A DNA stretch of 60,028 nucleotides from Chitinophaga pinensis (GCA_945865315.1 CAMBDK010000004.1:1-60028), one strand, 5' to 3'; shown: positions 35,997 through 47,333, counted from the first letter of the stretch. Numbers and translations: made by a program. Notes: generated by a model not told the origin, from the letters alone.

Positions 35997-36533
35997 CACC
36001 CTGGATAAAAGGCGAAGTTTCTTTTATGGAAATTGAACGAAGGGTATCTGAGAGGCTTGTTTTATTTTGCGCGTCATTGCTAATCAAACCTTTGTATAGT
36101 CCTTAACTTTGGCAGGCCAATAAAGTTAAGACATATAAAGCCAAACAAACTTATTCTTGTTTATTTGTTTTGTAATCTTTAAGTATATTAAAATTTGCAA
36201 CATGATTTTTTTACTTATGTCACTAAAAAATTAAAAGAATGGAGATTGTTTTAGCCACATTTTTTTTTGAAAGATAACATACATATTAAAACTATCGGGG
36301 AGGAAATTGGTGGTAGCATATTTTGAAATGATTCCGTGTCGAAAATACCATTAAATTAAATTTTTTAATGTTGGAAATAATTTCATCAACTATTTTAATA
36401 ATTATCAATAAATTTATTGTTAAATATTTAACAATCAAGCTTTTAAAATCAAAATAAGAAACATGGTTGGTAACAATAAAACAGCCTCCCGCTATTCCAT
36501 ATTTCAATATCAATTCTTATAACTAATAATTAT

Positions 36534-36541
36534 TATCTTTG
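36534..36541 (+). promoter_or_regulatory. -7 promoter box upstream of yidC
   Basis: TATCTTTG followed by CGCCCGC. Confidence 0.45.
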
Positions 36542-36893
36542 CGCCCGCAATGATTGGTTTTATAATTATATTTCGTGCAATTTTTTAATTCTTGTTTTTT
36601 TTAAAAAATGCTAATTCGCATTTTGTATTTAACAAATTAAAATTTTTTTATTTTTTTTACTTTTTTTAAAAAATAATTAATGGGCGAAAGAATAAGATAG
36701 TATCAGTTTTATTGATTGTTTCATAATATAAGGGAATGCTTTTTTCCTTTTTTTATTATTCAAGTTGGCAATGTTTTTTATTTTAAAAAGCATTTAATGG
36801 ATCTTGAAATTAGTATAATACTTTTTAAAAAAATCATAAAGAGCATTTTAAAAGGTCGAAAAATTAATGTTATAATTATTACAATAAAAAAGT

Positions 36894-38783
36894 ATGGATA
36901 AAAATTCAGTTTTCGGTCTTTTAATTATTGGTGGCATTTTAATTGGTTGGATGTATTTAACTAAACCAACGCAACAAGAGCTCGCAAAACAGCAAATGCA
37001 ATATGATTCTGTTGCAAAATTTGAAAAGTTGATACTTCAAGAAAATGAAAATGTTTCTCCAAGCGCTTTAAATGCAAACAATAAATTAGGAGTAGTTAAT
37101 GCCCCCCTTTTACAAAGCGATTCCTTAATCGACCTTGCCAATAAACAAAATTATGGGGATTTCGCATGTGCTTCGCGGGGCGAAAATAAAGTCATTACCA
37201 TCGAAAACGAAATGATGAAGTTAAATTTGTTTACCAAAGGTGGACGAATAGCTTCTGTTGAACTTAAAAAATACAAAACATTTGATGGTAATCCTTTGAT
37301 TTTGTTCGATGCTGATTCTTCCATTCAAAATATTAATTTACAAATTAATTCGAAATTAATCTCTACCGATTCACTCTTTTTTGAGCCTGTTGGCAACAGC
37401 TTTAGCCTTGCAGGACAAGATTCTAAAAGTATTGCTATGCGACTTTATGCTGGTAGCAAATCAAAATATTTAGAGTATGTATATAAATTGACTGGTAAGG
37501 AATACATGATGGAGTTTCAATTAAACACTGTCGGACTACAAGATATTATTCCTGCTAAGTCCAGCAGCTTAACATTTAATTGGATGATGAAAACTCCAAT
37601 GCTCGAGCAAAATCATGAAACACAAGCTGCTGCTTCTGCTATTTATTTTAAATATTTAAATGAAAATGTAGATAAGATTTCTGAATCCAGCGACGAAAAA
37701 AAACCAATGGAATCCAAAGTAAAATGGATAGGTTTTAAACAACAGTTTTTTACTGCTGTCATTATTGCTGATAATGCTTTTGATAAACCTACTGAAATTG
37801 AATCGGCTACCCTACTGGGCTCTGGTAAGTATGTTAAAAAATATTCCGCAGCTATTAATATACCATATGCCCATCAGGAAAATGAAAAATTTGGTATGAA
37901 ATTATATTTTGGGCCCAATGAATTTAAAACTTTGAAAAATTATGACCTTGATTTAGAAAAACAAATAAATCTGGGATGGAAAATCTTTGGTTGGTTAAAC
38001 CGACTGCTTACAATTCCTGTTTTTAACTTTTTGAATGGCTTCGATTTGAATTTTGGTATCAATATTCTAGTATTAACAATAATACTTAAATTGTTATTAC
38101 TCCCTATTGCTTATAAAACTGTCCTTTCTTCTGCTAAAATGAGGGTGTTGAAACCTGAAATTGATGAATTAAATGAAAAACATAAGGACGATGAGCCTAT
38201 GAAAAAACAACAAGCGGTGATGGCTCTTTATAAACAAGCTGGTGTTAACCCTATGGCTGGATGTATTCCTGTATTGTTACAAATGCCAATCTTAATTGCA
38301 TTGTTTAGCTTTTTCCCTGCATCTATTGAATTGCGTCAGCAAGGATTTCTTTGGGCGCATGATTTATCAACCTATGATTCTGTTTATAATTTTGGCTTTT
38401 CTGTGCCTTGGTATGGCGACCATGTGAGTTTGTTCGCCTTATTAATGACAGCCTCCACACTTTTATATACATGGAGTAACAGTCAGCTGATGGGTACATC
38501 CAACCAAATGCCTGGCATGAAATGGATGATGTACCTCATGCCAATATTGTTTCTCGGTTTTTTAAATAATTATTCTGCCGGTTTAAGCTGGTATTATTTC
38601 CTTGCGAATATGATTACCTTCGGTCAAACATGGATAATTCAAAAGTTTGTTATTGATTCGGATGCTTTGCATGCCCAAATTCAAGAAAATAAAAAGAAAC
38701 CTAAAAAGATTTCAAAGTTTCAGGAAAAATTAGAACAGATGACCAAAGAAAGGCAACAACAAATTAATCAAAAGAAAAAATAA
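36894..38783 (+). CDS. yidC: Membrane protein insertase YidC
   Basis: MDKNSVFG, YFGPN, GVNPMAGCIPVLLQMP and FLWAHDLS motifs. Confidence 0.97.
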   Translation: MDKNSVFGLLIIGGILIGWMYLTKPTQQELAKQQMQYDSVAKFEKLILQENENVSPSALNANNKLGVVNAPLLQSDSLIDLANKQNYGDFACASRGENKVITIENEMMKLNLFTKGGRIASVELKKYKTFDGNPLILFDADSSIQNINLQINSKLISTDSLFFEPVGNSFSLAGQDSKSIAMRLYAGSKSKYLEYVYKLTGKEYMMEFQLNTVGLQDIIPAKSSSLTFNWMMKTPMLEQNHETQAAASAIYFKYLNENVDKISESSDEKKPMESKVKWIGFKQQFFTAVIIADNAFDKPTEIESATLLGSGKYVKKYSAAINIPYAHQENEKFGMKLYFGPNEFKTLKNYDLDLEKQINLGWKIFGWLNRLLTIPVFNFLNGFDLNFGINILVLTIILKLLLLPIAYKTVLSSAKMRVLKPEIDELNEKHKDDEPMKKQQAVMALYKQAGVNPMAGCIPVLLQMPILIALFSFFPASIELRQQGFLWAHDLSTYDSVYNFGFSVPWYGDHVSLFALLMTASTLLYTWSNSQLMGTSNQMPGMKWMMYLMPILFLGFLNNYSAGLSWYYFLANMITFGQTWIIQKFVIDSDALHAQIQENKKKPKKISKFQEKLEQMTKERQQQINQKKK

Positions 38784-38897
38784 ATTTGCGTATTTACCTT
38801 TAGCTGTCCATCTCTTTTTTAGTTTTTATGAAGGCTAGATGTAATTTAGGTTTTAAGTTTTTTTAAATTAGTATTTTATTCATCATTAATTATTTAT

Positions 38898-39557
38898 ATG
38901 ACATTTCACAAGGAAGGTATTCCATCTTTAATTATAACTGTTTTTTTAGTAGCAATATTGAATTATATTGCCTTTTATTTTTGTCCTTCATGTACAATTA
39001 TAATTTGGTTAGTATATCTCTTGTCAGCCTTTTTATTAATTACCATTTTACAGTTTTTTCGTAATCCAAAACGAAATATTGTATTAAATGAAAACCATAT
39101 TATTGCACCAGCCGATGGAAAAGTAGTAGTAATTGAGGAGGTTATGGAAACTGAATATTTTAATGAAAAACGCCTTCAGATTTCTATTTTTATGTCCCCT
39201 ATCAATGTCCATATTAATCGATTTCCAATTTCTGGATTGGTTAAATATTCCAAATATCACCCCGGGCTTTTTTTAGTAGCTTGGCACCCTAAATCATCTT
39301 TAGAGAATGAACGTACAACAATTGTTGTGGAGCATAAAAATGGACAAGCAGTTTTATTTCGTCAAATAGCTGGCGCTTTAGCGCGTCGAATTGTAAATTA
39401 TTCCAAAGAAGGTCAAATTGCCATACAAGGCGATGAGTTTGGCTTTATAAAGTTTGGTTCTAGGGTAGATTTGTTTTTGCCTTTAAATGTAAAGGTAAAG
39501 GTAAACCTTAACCAAAAGGTTTGTGGTCGCGAAACCATTATTGCAAGTTTTGAATAA
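38898..39557 (+). CDS. psd: Phosphatidylserine decarboxylase family protein
   Basis: FFRNPKR, APADGKVV and FIKFGSRVD (autocleavage FGS). Confidence 0.95.
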   Translation: MTFHKEGIPSLIITVFLVAILNYIAFYFCPSCTIIIWLVYLLSAFLLITILQFFRNPKRNIVLNENHIIAPADGKVVVIEEVMETEYFNEKRLQISIFMSPINVHINRFPISGLVKYSKYHPGLFLVAWHPKSSLENERTTIVVEHKNGQAVLFRQIAGALARRIVNYSKEGQIAIQGDEFGFIKFGSRVDLFLPLNVKVKVNLNQKVCGRETIIASFE

Positions 39558-39633
39558 GCTATACAATACAATTTATAAAAATATTAAGGTCTCAATTATT
39601 TAATTACTTTAGATAAATTTTAAAATTTATAAG

Positions 39634-40287
39634 GTGAAAAAGCCACTAATAATTATATTTCTCATATTGTTTTTTGATCAACTGATTAAAATTTATATCA
39701 AAACACATTTTTTTCTTGGTCAAGAAGTAAATCTATTGGGCGGCTGGTTTATTATTCATTTTACCGAAAATAATGGTATGGCCTACGGAATTGAATTTGG
39801 TGGCGATTTTGGAAAACTCTTTTTAAGTGTTTTTCGAATTGTTGCTGTTGGTGCTATTGGCTGGTATTTATTTAGTTTATCCAAACAAAAGGAAGATAAT
39901 TTATATGTTATTTGTATTGCATTGATTTTTGCAGGTGCTTTAGGTAATATCATCGATAGCGCTTTTTATGGTGCACTATTCAGTGATAGTAATTATGAAG
40001 TTGCTCGTTTTTTGCCCGATGATGGTGGTTATGCTCCTTTGCTCCATGGTAAGGTGGTAGATATGTTCTATTTCCCTATTATAAAAGGTCATTTTCCCGC
40101 TTGGTTTCCATTTTGGGCTACAGAGGATTTTGTTTTTTTTCGCCCTGTTTTTAATTTGGCTGATGCCTCTATTAGTTCCGGTGTTGGTTTAATAATATGT
40201 TTCCAAAAACGTTTTTTTATTAATAAAACCGATCCTATTGCCAACGAAAATACTCCTGATGTAAATATTCCAAATAAAGAAAGCTAG
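39634..40287 (+). CDS. lspA: Lipoprotein signal peptidase II
   Basis: DQLIK, ENNGMAYG, GALGNIID, VVDM and PVFNLAD motifs. Confidence 0.95.
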   Translation: MKKPLIIIFLILFFDQLIKIYIKTHFFLGQEVNLLGGWFIIHFTENNGMAYGIEFGGDFGKLFLSVFRIVAVGAIGWYLFSLSKQKEDNLYVICIALIFAGALGNIIDSAFYGALFSDSNYEVARFLPDDGGYAPLLHGKVVDMFYFPIIKGHFPAWFPFWATEDFVFFRPVFNLADASISSGVGLIICFQKRFFINKTDPIANENTPDVNIPNKES

Positions 40288-40354
40288 ACAGGATACTTGT
40301 TTTTTTATTTATCGGGTTTGAATTCCACCAATTTTTTTTGGCAACATTACCTTA

Positions 40355-40591
40355 GTAAAGCTTTCAAAATAATTTCGACAAAACAGCTGTACTAATAAAA
40401 ACAGAGGCTTTCATTTTTTCGCAAAAAATATCCTTATGGAAACGCCCGGGAGGAATGAAAAAACGCGATGCAGGCTTGCAGGTGGGGAGGAATTATTTGA
40501 TCTTGATTTTTTGTTTCTTTTGTATCAAAACAAAAGAAAAAAACACAGTTTTTAAACCATTTAATTTGCAGATTTATTTCGAAAACTTCAC
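40355..40591 (-). mobile_element. 237-bp MITE-like repeat, copy 2 (inverted)
   Basis: Reverse complement of copy 1, TA at both flanks; its end overlaps the iscS stop codon. Confidence 0.85.
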
Positions 40592-41757
40592 TAATCCAAT
40601 TGTCTGTTTTTATTAATCGAATCCAGATTAATAATATTAACAAAAGTTTTTATCACCTCATTAATCTCATCCGCTGTTGTATATTTACCCAAACTAAAGC
40701 GAATAGAACTATAACAGTCGCTATCGTTTAAACCCATAGCTTTCAATACATGAGATGGCGCTTGATTTGCTGATGTGCAGGCAGAACCTATTGATAATGC
40801 CATGTAGGGGGTTTTTTTAAGTATTGTTTCTGAACGAATTCCTTGAATTAAAATGTTCGTTACGTTAAACAACCTGTTTTTGATGCTGCCATTAATATAA
40901 ACATTCTTTAAACTGCATAGTTCCTGCTCCAATTTTGTTCTTAATTTGGAAATACGAACGGAGTCCTCCCACATTTCTAAACGAGCTATTTCACTAGCTT
41001 TGCCTAAGCCTACAATCCCCGGTACATTTAATGTTCCAGAGCGTAAACCTCGTTCATGCCCGCCTCCATATATTTGAGGTGCTATTGTAACCCGCGGGTT
41101 TTTCCTTCTTATATATAAAGCCCCAACTCCTTTGGGACCATAATACTTATGTGCGCTAATACACATTAAGTCAATATTGTCATCTTCCACATTGCAAAAT
41201 ATTTTCCCTATAGCTTGGCTAGCATCACACATGAAAAGGCTGTTGTTAGCATGAACCAATTCTGCAATTTGTTGAATGGGCTGTATTACCCCTGTTTCAT
41301 TATTAGCATACATTATTGCTACTAAGATAGTGTTAGGCCTCAATTCCTTTTTTAGCTCTTCCAAATCTATTAAGCCTTCGCGGTCAACTGATAGATAAGT
41401 TACTTCGGCTCCTTTTAATTTTAATGAATTGCAGGTATCCAGTATTGCTTTATGTTCTGTTTTTACTGTGATGATATGCTTGCCTTTGGTTTGATAGTTT
41501 TCCCAAACACCATTTATTGCTAGGCTAATCGATTCTGTAGCTCCCGATGTAAAAATAATTTCCTGCGCCAGGCAATTAATAAGTTGCGCCAACTCTTCCC
41601 GAGCTTTTTTTACCGCCTCCTCAGCTATCCAACCATAGGCATGCGTTCTACTGGCCGCATTTCCATAATTTTCGCTAAAATAGGGCAGCATTGTTTCTAG
41701 CACTCGCCTGTCTACCGGCGTTGTTGCGTTATAATCTAAATAAATCGATTTCTTCAC
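40591..41757 (-). CDS. iscS: Cysteine desulfurase (IscS/NifS group I)
   Basis: IYLDYNATTP, FTSGATES, SAHKYYGPKG, RSGTLNV and GSACTS motifs. Confidence 0.92.
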   Translation of the reverse strand: MKKSIYLDYNATTPVDRRVLETMLPYFSENYGNAASRTHAYGWIAEEAVKKAREELAQLINCLAQEIIFTSGATESISLAINGVWENYQTKGKHIITVKTEHKAILDTCNSLKLKGAEVTYLSVDREGLIDLEELKKELRPNTILVAIMYANNETGVIQPIQQIAELVHANNSLFMCDASQAIGKIFCNVEDDNIDLMCISAHKYYGPKGVGALYIRRKNPRVTIAPQIYGGGHERGLRSGTLNVPGIVGLGKASEIARLEMWEDSVRISKLRTKLEQELCSLKNVYINGSIKNRLFNVTNILIQGIRSETILKKTPYMALSIGSACTSANQAPSHVLKAMGLNDSDCYSSIRFSLGKYTTADEINEVIKTFVNIINLDSINKNRQLD

Positions 41758-42042
41758 AAAACAAAAGTAAACAATCCTAGTGTTTTAAATTTACCATTCC
41801 TTATTTTATTTTTCCTTTTACAGCCCCCTCATTATTTATTAATTTGACTTCGATTATTAATAATCCTCAAAACATACTGCTTTTGTTGTATTTTTTTTAA
41901 AATGGTAGAACAATGACTGGTTTTTAAAACAAGAATAGCCTAGCAATCGGAAATTTTAGACAAGCCCTAATTATTTGGCATTTAATAAAAAAATTTCGGC
42001 ATTCTTTTCTTTTCAAATATTTAAACTTATGCTGCAGCGAGT

Positions 42043-42084
42043 GGGGGGGGGGGGCAAAACTATTGATTCCATTTCCCCCTCCCC
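42043..42084. repeat. G12 homopolymer with downstream complementary CCCCCTCCCC
   Basis: G12 at 42043-42054 and C5TC4 at 42075-42084 in an AT-rich divergent intergenic region. Confidence 0.7.
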
Positions 42085-42167
42085 AAAAAAATATCTTTTT
42101 ATCCTATCAAAATATTGAATGTGTCTTTAATTTTAACTATTGATTTTAATACTAAATAAAATTTAGG

Positions 42168-42175
42168 TAGCTTTG
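42168..42175 (+). promoter_or_regulatory. -7 promoter box for fbaB-accD
   Basis: TAGCTTTG. Confidence 0.45.
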
Positions 42176-42266
42176 CCTTTCAAAAATTAAAAATATACAT
42201 TTCCTTGTTTTAAGGATTGACGATTTTTTTTTCACTATTTATAATGTATCAATAATTTTATATATA

Positions 42267-43325
42267 ATGACAAACAAAAAAATTGAAGAATTACTAGGTG
42301 CAAGCGCAAATACTTTATTGAATCACCAGTGCAAAACCATTTCAAAAGATCTTATCCAAACTCCTGGTGCAGATTTCGTTGATCGTAATTTTATTTATTC
42401 CAATCGCAACCCTCAGGTCCTTAGGAGTTTAAATCAATTGTATAATTCAGGGCGCCTGGCAGGCTCTGGTTACATGAGTATTTTGCCCGTGGATCAAGGG
42501 ATAGAGCACAGTGCAGGTGCTACTTTCTCCCCCAATCCTATTTATTTTGATTCGGAAAATATTGTAAAACTTGCTGTAGAGGCTGGCTGTAATGCTGTTG
42601 CTTCTACCTTTGGTGTATTGGCATCTGTTTCCCGCAAATACGCCCACAAAATACCCTTCATTGTAAAGTTAAATCACAACGAATTTTTAACCTATCCTAA
42701 TAAATTCGACCAAATTATGTTCGGTTCTGTAGAGGCTGCTTGGAATATGGGGGCGGTTGCTGTTGGTGCAACTATTTATTTTGGATCTGCTGAATCGTCC
42801 AGGCAAATTGTTGAAGTTGCTAAGGCTTTTGAACGTGCTCACGAATTAGGTATGGCAACAATTTTATGGTGCTATACCAGAAATAATGCATTTAAGAAAG
42901 ATGGCGTTGATTATAGTACTGCTGCCGATTTGTCTTCTCAGGCCAATCATCTAGGAGTAACTATTCAAGCGGATATAATTAAGCAAAAACTTTCTGATAA
43001 AAATGGCGGCTATAATGCAATTAATTTTGGAAAAACACATCCTAAAGTATACTCTGAACTAACTACCGACCACCCAATTGATCTTGCTCGTTATCAGGTT
43101 GCTAATTGTTATATGGGGCGCATTGGATTAATTAACTCGGGAGGTGAATCAAAGGGCGATTCAGACTTGTCGGAGGCTACAATTACCGCAGTTATTAATA
43201 AAAGAGCTGGTGGCCAGGGTTTAATTTCTGGTCGTAAAGCATTTCAAAAACCAATGAAACAAGGAATTGAATTGTTAAACACTATTCAAGACGTTTATTT
43301 GGATAAATTGATTAATATTGCTTAA
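42267..43325 (+). CDS. fbaB: Class I fructose-bisphosphate aldolase
   Basis: [20 protein letters not shown] and [10 protein letters not shown] motifs. Confidence 0.95.
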   Translation: MTNKKIEELLGASANTLLNHQCKTISKDLIQTPGADFVDRNFIYSNRNPQVLRSLNQLYNSGRLAGSGYMSILPVDQGIEHSAGATFSPNPIYFDSENIVKLAVEAGCNAVASTFGVLASVSRKYAHKIPFIVKLNHNEFLTYPNKFDQIMFGSVEAAWNMGAVAVGATIYFGSAESSRQIVEVAKAFERAHELGMATILWCYTRNNAFKKDGVDYSTAADLSSQANHLGVTIQADIIKQKLSDKNGGYNAINFGKTHPKVYSELTTDHPIDLARYQVANCYMGRIGLINSGGESKGDSDLSEATITAVINKRAGGQGLISGRKAFQKPMKQGIELLNTIQDVYLDKLINIA

Positions 43326-43406
43326 GAAATTGCAATTTTTTTTGTCAATTTAGCTTTTTTTACTGTTCATAATAATTTCGACAACAAAATCTTTAATACT
43401 TGAAAA

Positions 43407-44252
43407 ATGAGTTGGTTTAAACGTGTTAAAAAAGGTATTACTACCTCTACCGAAGATAAAAAGGAAACTCCCGAAGGTTTATGGTATAAATGCCAATCCT
43501 GTAAAAAACTAATATCCTCTAATGAACATGTACAAAATCTTTATGTGTGTTCTCATTGTGATTATCACGAAAAAATTGGCTCTGCCGAATATTTTGAGTT
43601 CATTTTTGATAATAATGAATTTATTGAGTTGAATGCTAACTTAATGGCTGCCGACTCCTTAAGTTTTACCGATACAAAAAAATATTCCGACAGATTAATA
43701 GATACTCGTAAAAAAACAAATTTAACAGACTCTATAAGAACTGCTCATGGTACCGTTGGGGGCGATGATTTAGTAATTGCATGCATGGATTTCACATTTA
43801 TTGGTGGCTCTATGGGGGCTGTAGTTGGTGAGAAAATTGCTCGTGCCATTGATTATTGTATCCTAAAAGGTATTCCCTTATTGATTATTTCTAAATCTGG
43901 GGGTGCTCGTATGATGGAAGCAGCCTTCTCTTTGATGCAAATGGCAAAAACAGCCGCTAAATTATCCCTCTTGGCTCAAGCTAAAATACCTTATATTTCA
44001 TTACTTACCGATCCCACTACTGGTGGCGTTACTGCATCCTATGCAATGCTGGGCGACTTAAATATTGCTGAACCTAACGCTTTAATTGGGTTTGCTGGCC
44101 CTCGCGTAGTTAAAGAAACCATTGGTAAGGACTTGCCTAAAGGTTTTCAAACTTCGGAGTTTTTACTTGAACATGGTTTTTTAGATAAAATTATTAACCG
44201 TAAAGATTTAAAAATTCAGCTGATTCAATTGCTTGGCTTTTTTAAAAATTAA
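43407..44252 (+). CDS. accD: Acetyl-CoA carboxylase carboxyltransferase beta subunit
   Basis: Zn finger CQSC...CSHC; FIGGSMG, SGGARM and PTTGGVTAS motifs. Confidence 0.97.
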   Translation: MSWFKRVKKGITTSTEDKKETPEGLWYKCQSCKKLISSNEHVQNLYVCSHCDYHEKIGSAEYFEFIFDNNEFIELNANLMAADSLSFTDTKKYSDRLIDTRKKTNLTDSIRTAHGTVGGDDLVIACMDFTFIGGSMGAVVGEKIARAIDYCILKGIPLLIISKSGGARMMEAAFSLMQMAKTAAKLSLLAQAKIPYISLLTDPTTGGVTASYAMLGDLNIAEPNALIGFAGPRVVKETIGKDLPKGFQTSEFLLEHGFLDKIINRKDLKIQLIQLLGFFKN

Positions 44253-44346
44253 TTGCCGAAGCTTTAAATAATTCAATTGGTTTATGAGAATGCAACTTTG
44301 AACGAAAAAACTGCATCTGCAGTTAATATAATAGTCCAACTTAAAA

Positions 44347-44736
44347 ATGAAAAAAATATTCCTTTTATTATTTTCTATCTTTTTATCTGATATTTCTAAC
44401 GCTCAAGGTAAAAGTTTCGATGTGCGTTTACTTTCTAAGTTTTCAGAAATTGAATTAATCCAAATGGAAAAAAATAATTCTGAAACATTAAAATATTGGA
44501 ACTTTTTTGCTGCCAATGCCTTTCAAATTATCGCCTTGCCAAGCCAAAAATCTAATGCCCATGAAATAAGGGGGCAGGTTAAAATTATTGATTTAAATAA
44601 TGTAAACATTTTCGATATGAAATTGTATCCTTTGCCAAAGGATTACCAATACTATCGAATTGAAGAAAGCAATAAGCTCTTGGTGATTTTTTCGGAGGAA
44701 CAACTGAAAACAAAATATTCAAAACAAATTAAATAA
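44347..44736 (+). CDS. Small secreted hypothetical protein
   Basis: Signal peptide ending SNAQ; 9 nt upstream of the next gene. Confidence 0.65.
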   Translation: MKKIFLLLFSIFLSDISNAQGKSFDVRLLSKFSEIELIQMEKNNSETLKYWNFFAANAFQIIALPSQKSNAHEIRGQVKIIDLNNVNIFDMKLYPLPKDYQYYRIEESNKLLVIFSEEQLKTKYSKQIK

Positions 44737-44745
44737 CTGTATCCA

Positions 44746-47181
44746 ATGAATTTAAAAATTATTTTTATTCTGTTATTTTCTATTGTAAATGCTCTTTTTT
44801 CGCATGCCCAAATTTTAATAACGGATGCCGATAATGGCACCTCCAACCCAGTTGCTTGTCCCTCTTTTAATGATGGTTCTGTTCAGAATTTTTTTGATTC
44901 GGGCGCTGCTGCAGCCGATTATAGCAGCAATGAAAATGAAGTAATTACTTTATGTCCCGATTTAGTTAATGGTGGTAAACTTTCTGTTTCTTTTGCCACT
45001 AATATTGGTTTTACATGGGATGTGAAGGGTTCGGATACACTATACATCTATGATGGTTCAAGTACAGCAGCCCCCTTAATAGGCGCCTACAATAGTGTTA
45101 CCAATCCTAATGGCCTTTTTATTACTGCCAGCTGGACCAATACAAGTGGTTGTTTAACTTTTAAATTTGTATCGGATGGCGCAACTGTAGGAACAGGGTG
45201 GGGGGCAAACATTTCTTGCGGTAACCCTCCTCAGCCTTTTAACTCCCATATTAAGGCGTTTTTAAATGGACTGGGCACCGATCTTTTAAATCCGGCAGAT
45301 ACAGGTTATGTCGATATTTGTTTTGGTGATTCTATATTATTTATGGCTTCTGGTACTTATCCTTATTCTCCTGTTTTTCCTGCTACATTTCCTGGTTATA
45401 TTCAAAATGATAATAACTGTAGTTATTTATGGGATATTTCTGATGGATCTTCCGCCAATACTAATACTATATGGTTTAAACCACCCAATAGGGTAGGTTA
45501 TTTAGTTAAATTGAGAATGACCGACCCTGTTAATAACATTGATGTTATTCAATGTAAAATCAGAGTTTCTACTATCCCTAGTTTTGCCCAAATGGCAGGT
45601 GCTCTTGATAATACCATTTGCCTGGGTGAATCTACTGTAATAATTGGCGGGGTTGCAAATGGCAATACAGTTGGCGTTGCTGGAACCCAATCATCCTTTG
45701 AAACAGGTGGCGTTTTTGCCGGTCTTACTTATTTGCCCGATGGGTCCGGAGCAAATTATACCACTAGTGTTGCAATAACTGGTTTTTTACCCGGACAAAC
45801 CATTAATAGCGCTTCCGACATTCAACAAATGTGTATCACTATGGAACACTCCTTTTTGGGTGATTTAGAAATGACGCTTACTTGTCCTAATGGTACTGAA
45901 GTATCAATTTTTAATGGGTATGATGGGTTTGGTTTCCCAGGTGAGTTGGTTCCTGGTGGATTTGGTGGTGGTGGAACCTTTTTAGGTCAAGCTGATGATA
46001 ATGGAAATGGAACACCAGGTATTGGTTGGGAATATTGTTTTGCTTCAAATGCTGCTTGGGGTAATTTCGCTGTTGAATATGCTACTAATAATTTTACTTC
46101 TGTGTCTTCCCCTTCTTTGGGTTCGTCCATGCCTTTAGGAACGTATAAGCCGGAAGGGAATTATTCCAGCTTTATTGGATGTCCCATAAATGGAAACTGG
46201 ACCATCACCGTTAGAGACAATCAAGGTATTGATGATGGTTATATTTTTGAATGGGGAGTTTTCTTTAATCCTCTTATTAACCCTAATTCAGAGTATTATA
46301 CACCCTCAATTGTTTCTGAAAGCTGGCAACCCGACCCCACCATTATATCAGGCCAAAATGATACTGCTATTACAGTAAAACCTACCGTTCTGGGACCTCA
46401 TTCCTATACTTTTTCCGTTACTGATAATTTTGGTTGCACCTACGATACCACTGTTACTATTCAGGTTTTGGGCCTTACGGAATCCTTCTCAAGCGTGCAA
46501 ACTTGTGATAACTTCCAACAAATAACAGGTATGGCTGCTCCGGGTACCGTTAGCTGGACAATTGATGCTCAGCCTCTGGGTTCAAATGTTATTTTTAGCC
46601 CCAGCACAAATGCTTTAAACCCATTGATTACAGTAAATAAACCTGGTGAATACCAAATTAAGATAACGGATAACGTTTGTAACCATGCTACAGCTGTCAC
46701 CATTCAGTTTTTGGATGATCCTCATCCCAATATAAAGGATACTTCGCTTTGCTTAAATAATATATTGGCGCTGCTTGCCTCAGGTGGAGGATTGGGCTCA
46801 AGCTATTTATGGAGTAATGGTTCTGTTGATTCTATAACTCAAATAACAGAAAGTGGAACTTATTATGTTGCTGCTACCAACCTATGTGCAACTATTACTG
46901 ATTCTGCTGCCGTTGTCTTTTTTTCCTGCGATTTGAATGTCCCAAATGTGCTTACTCCTAATGGTAATGATTTAAATGAATTGTTTTATTTGAAAAATTT
47001 GGAATTCTATCCAAACACTGCATTAATCATTTTTAACAGATGGGGAGCCAAACTATTTGAAACGGATAACTACCAAAACGACTGGAAGGGAAGTAAATAC
47101 AACGATGGAGTTTATTATTATATCCTTTCAGGCCCTAAATTAATTGAACCTCAGACTGGCTTTTTTCAAATTATAAGATAA
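44746..47181 (+). CDS. T9SS type-B cargo with CUB-like, PKD-like and proprotein-convertase P-like domains
   Basis: DSGAAAADYSSNE...LYIYDG...FVSDG (CUB); MEHSFLGDLEMTLTCPNG...NGNWTITVRD (P domain); VPNVLTPNGND...IFNRWG...NDW (CHU_C). Confidence 0.85.
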   Translation: MNLKIIFILLFSIVNALFSHAQILITDADNGTSNPVACPSFNDGSVQNFFDSGAAAADYSSNENEVITLCPDLVNGGKLSVSFATNIGFTWDVKGSDTLYIYDGSSTAAPLIGAYNSVTNPNGLFITASWTNTSGCLTFKFVSDGATVGTGWGANISCGNPPQPFNSHIKAFLNGLGTDLLNPADTGYVDICFGDSILFMASGTYPYSPVFPATFPGYIQNDNNCSYLWDISDGSSANTNTIWFKPPNRVGYLVKLRMTDPVNNIDVIQCKIRVSTIPSFAQMAGALDNTICLGESTVIIGGVANGNTVGVAGTQSSFETGGVFAGLTYLPDGSGANYTTSVAITGFLPGQTINSASDIQQMCITMEHSFLGDLEMTLTCPNGTEVSIFNGYDGFGFPGELVPGGFGGGGTFLGQADDNGNGTPGIGWEYCFASNAAWGNFAVEYATNNFTSVSSPSLGSSMPLGTYKPEGNYSSFIGCPINGNWTITVRDNQGIDDGYIFEWGVFFNPLINPNSEYYTPSIVSESWQPDPTIISGQNDTAITVKPTVLGPHSYTFSVTDNFGCTYDTTVTIQVLGLTESFSSVQTCDNFQQITGMAAPGTVSWTIDAQPLGSNVIFSPSTNALNPLITVNKPGEYQIKITDNVCNHATAVTIQFLDDPHPNIKDTSLCLNNILALLASGGGLGSSYLWSNGSVDSITQITESGTYYVAATNLCATITDSAAVVFFSCDLNVPNVLTPNGNDLNELFYLKNLEFYPNTALIIFNRWGAKLFETDNYQNDWKGSKYNDGVYYYILSGPKLIEPQTGFFQIIR

Positions 47182-47277
47182 TTGCTCTCCAGTATTGTTG
47201 ATGAATTATAATTTTAATGGTAGCTAAATAATAAATTTCTCCCATTTTGAATTTAATGTTTACGTTCGTTTAATTAT

Positions 47278-47285
47278 TAACTTTG
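47278..47285 (+). promoter_or_regulatory. -7 promoter box for pruA
   Basis: TAACTTTG. Confidence 0.45.
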
Positions 47286-47333
47286 ACCCTCGAATTATTA
47301 ATTCATAAATTTTTATTTTTAAAATAACCCACC

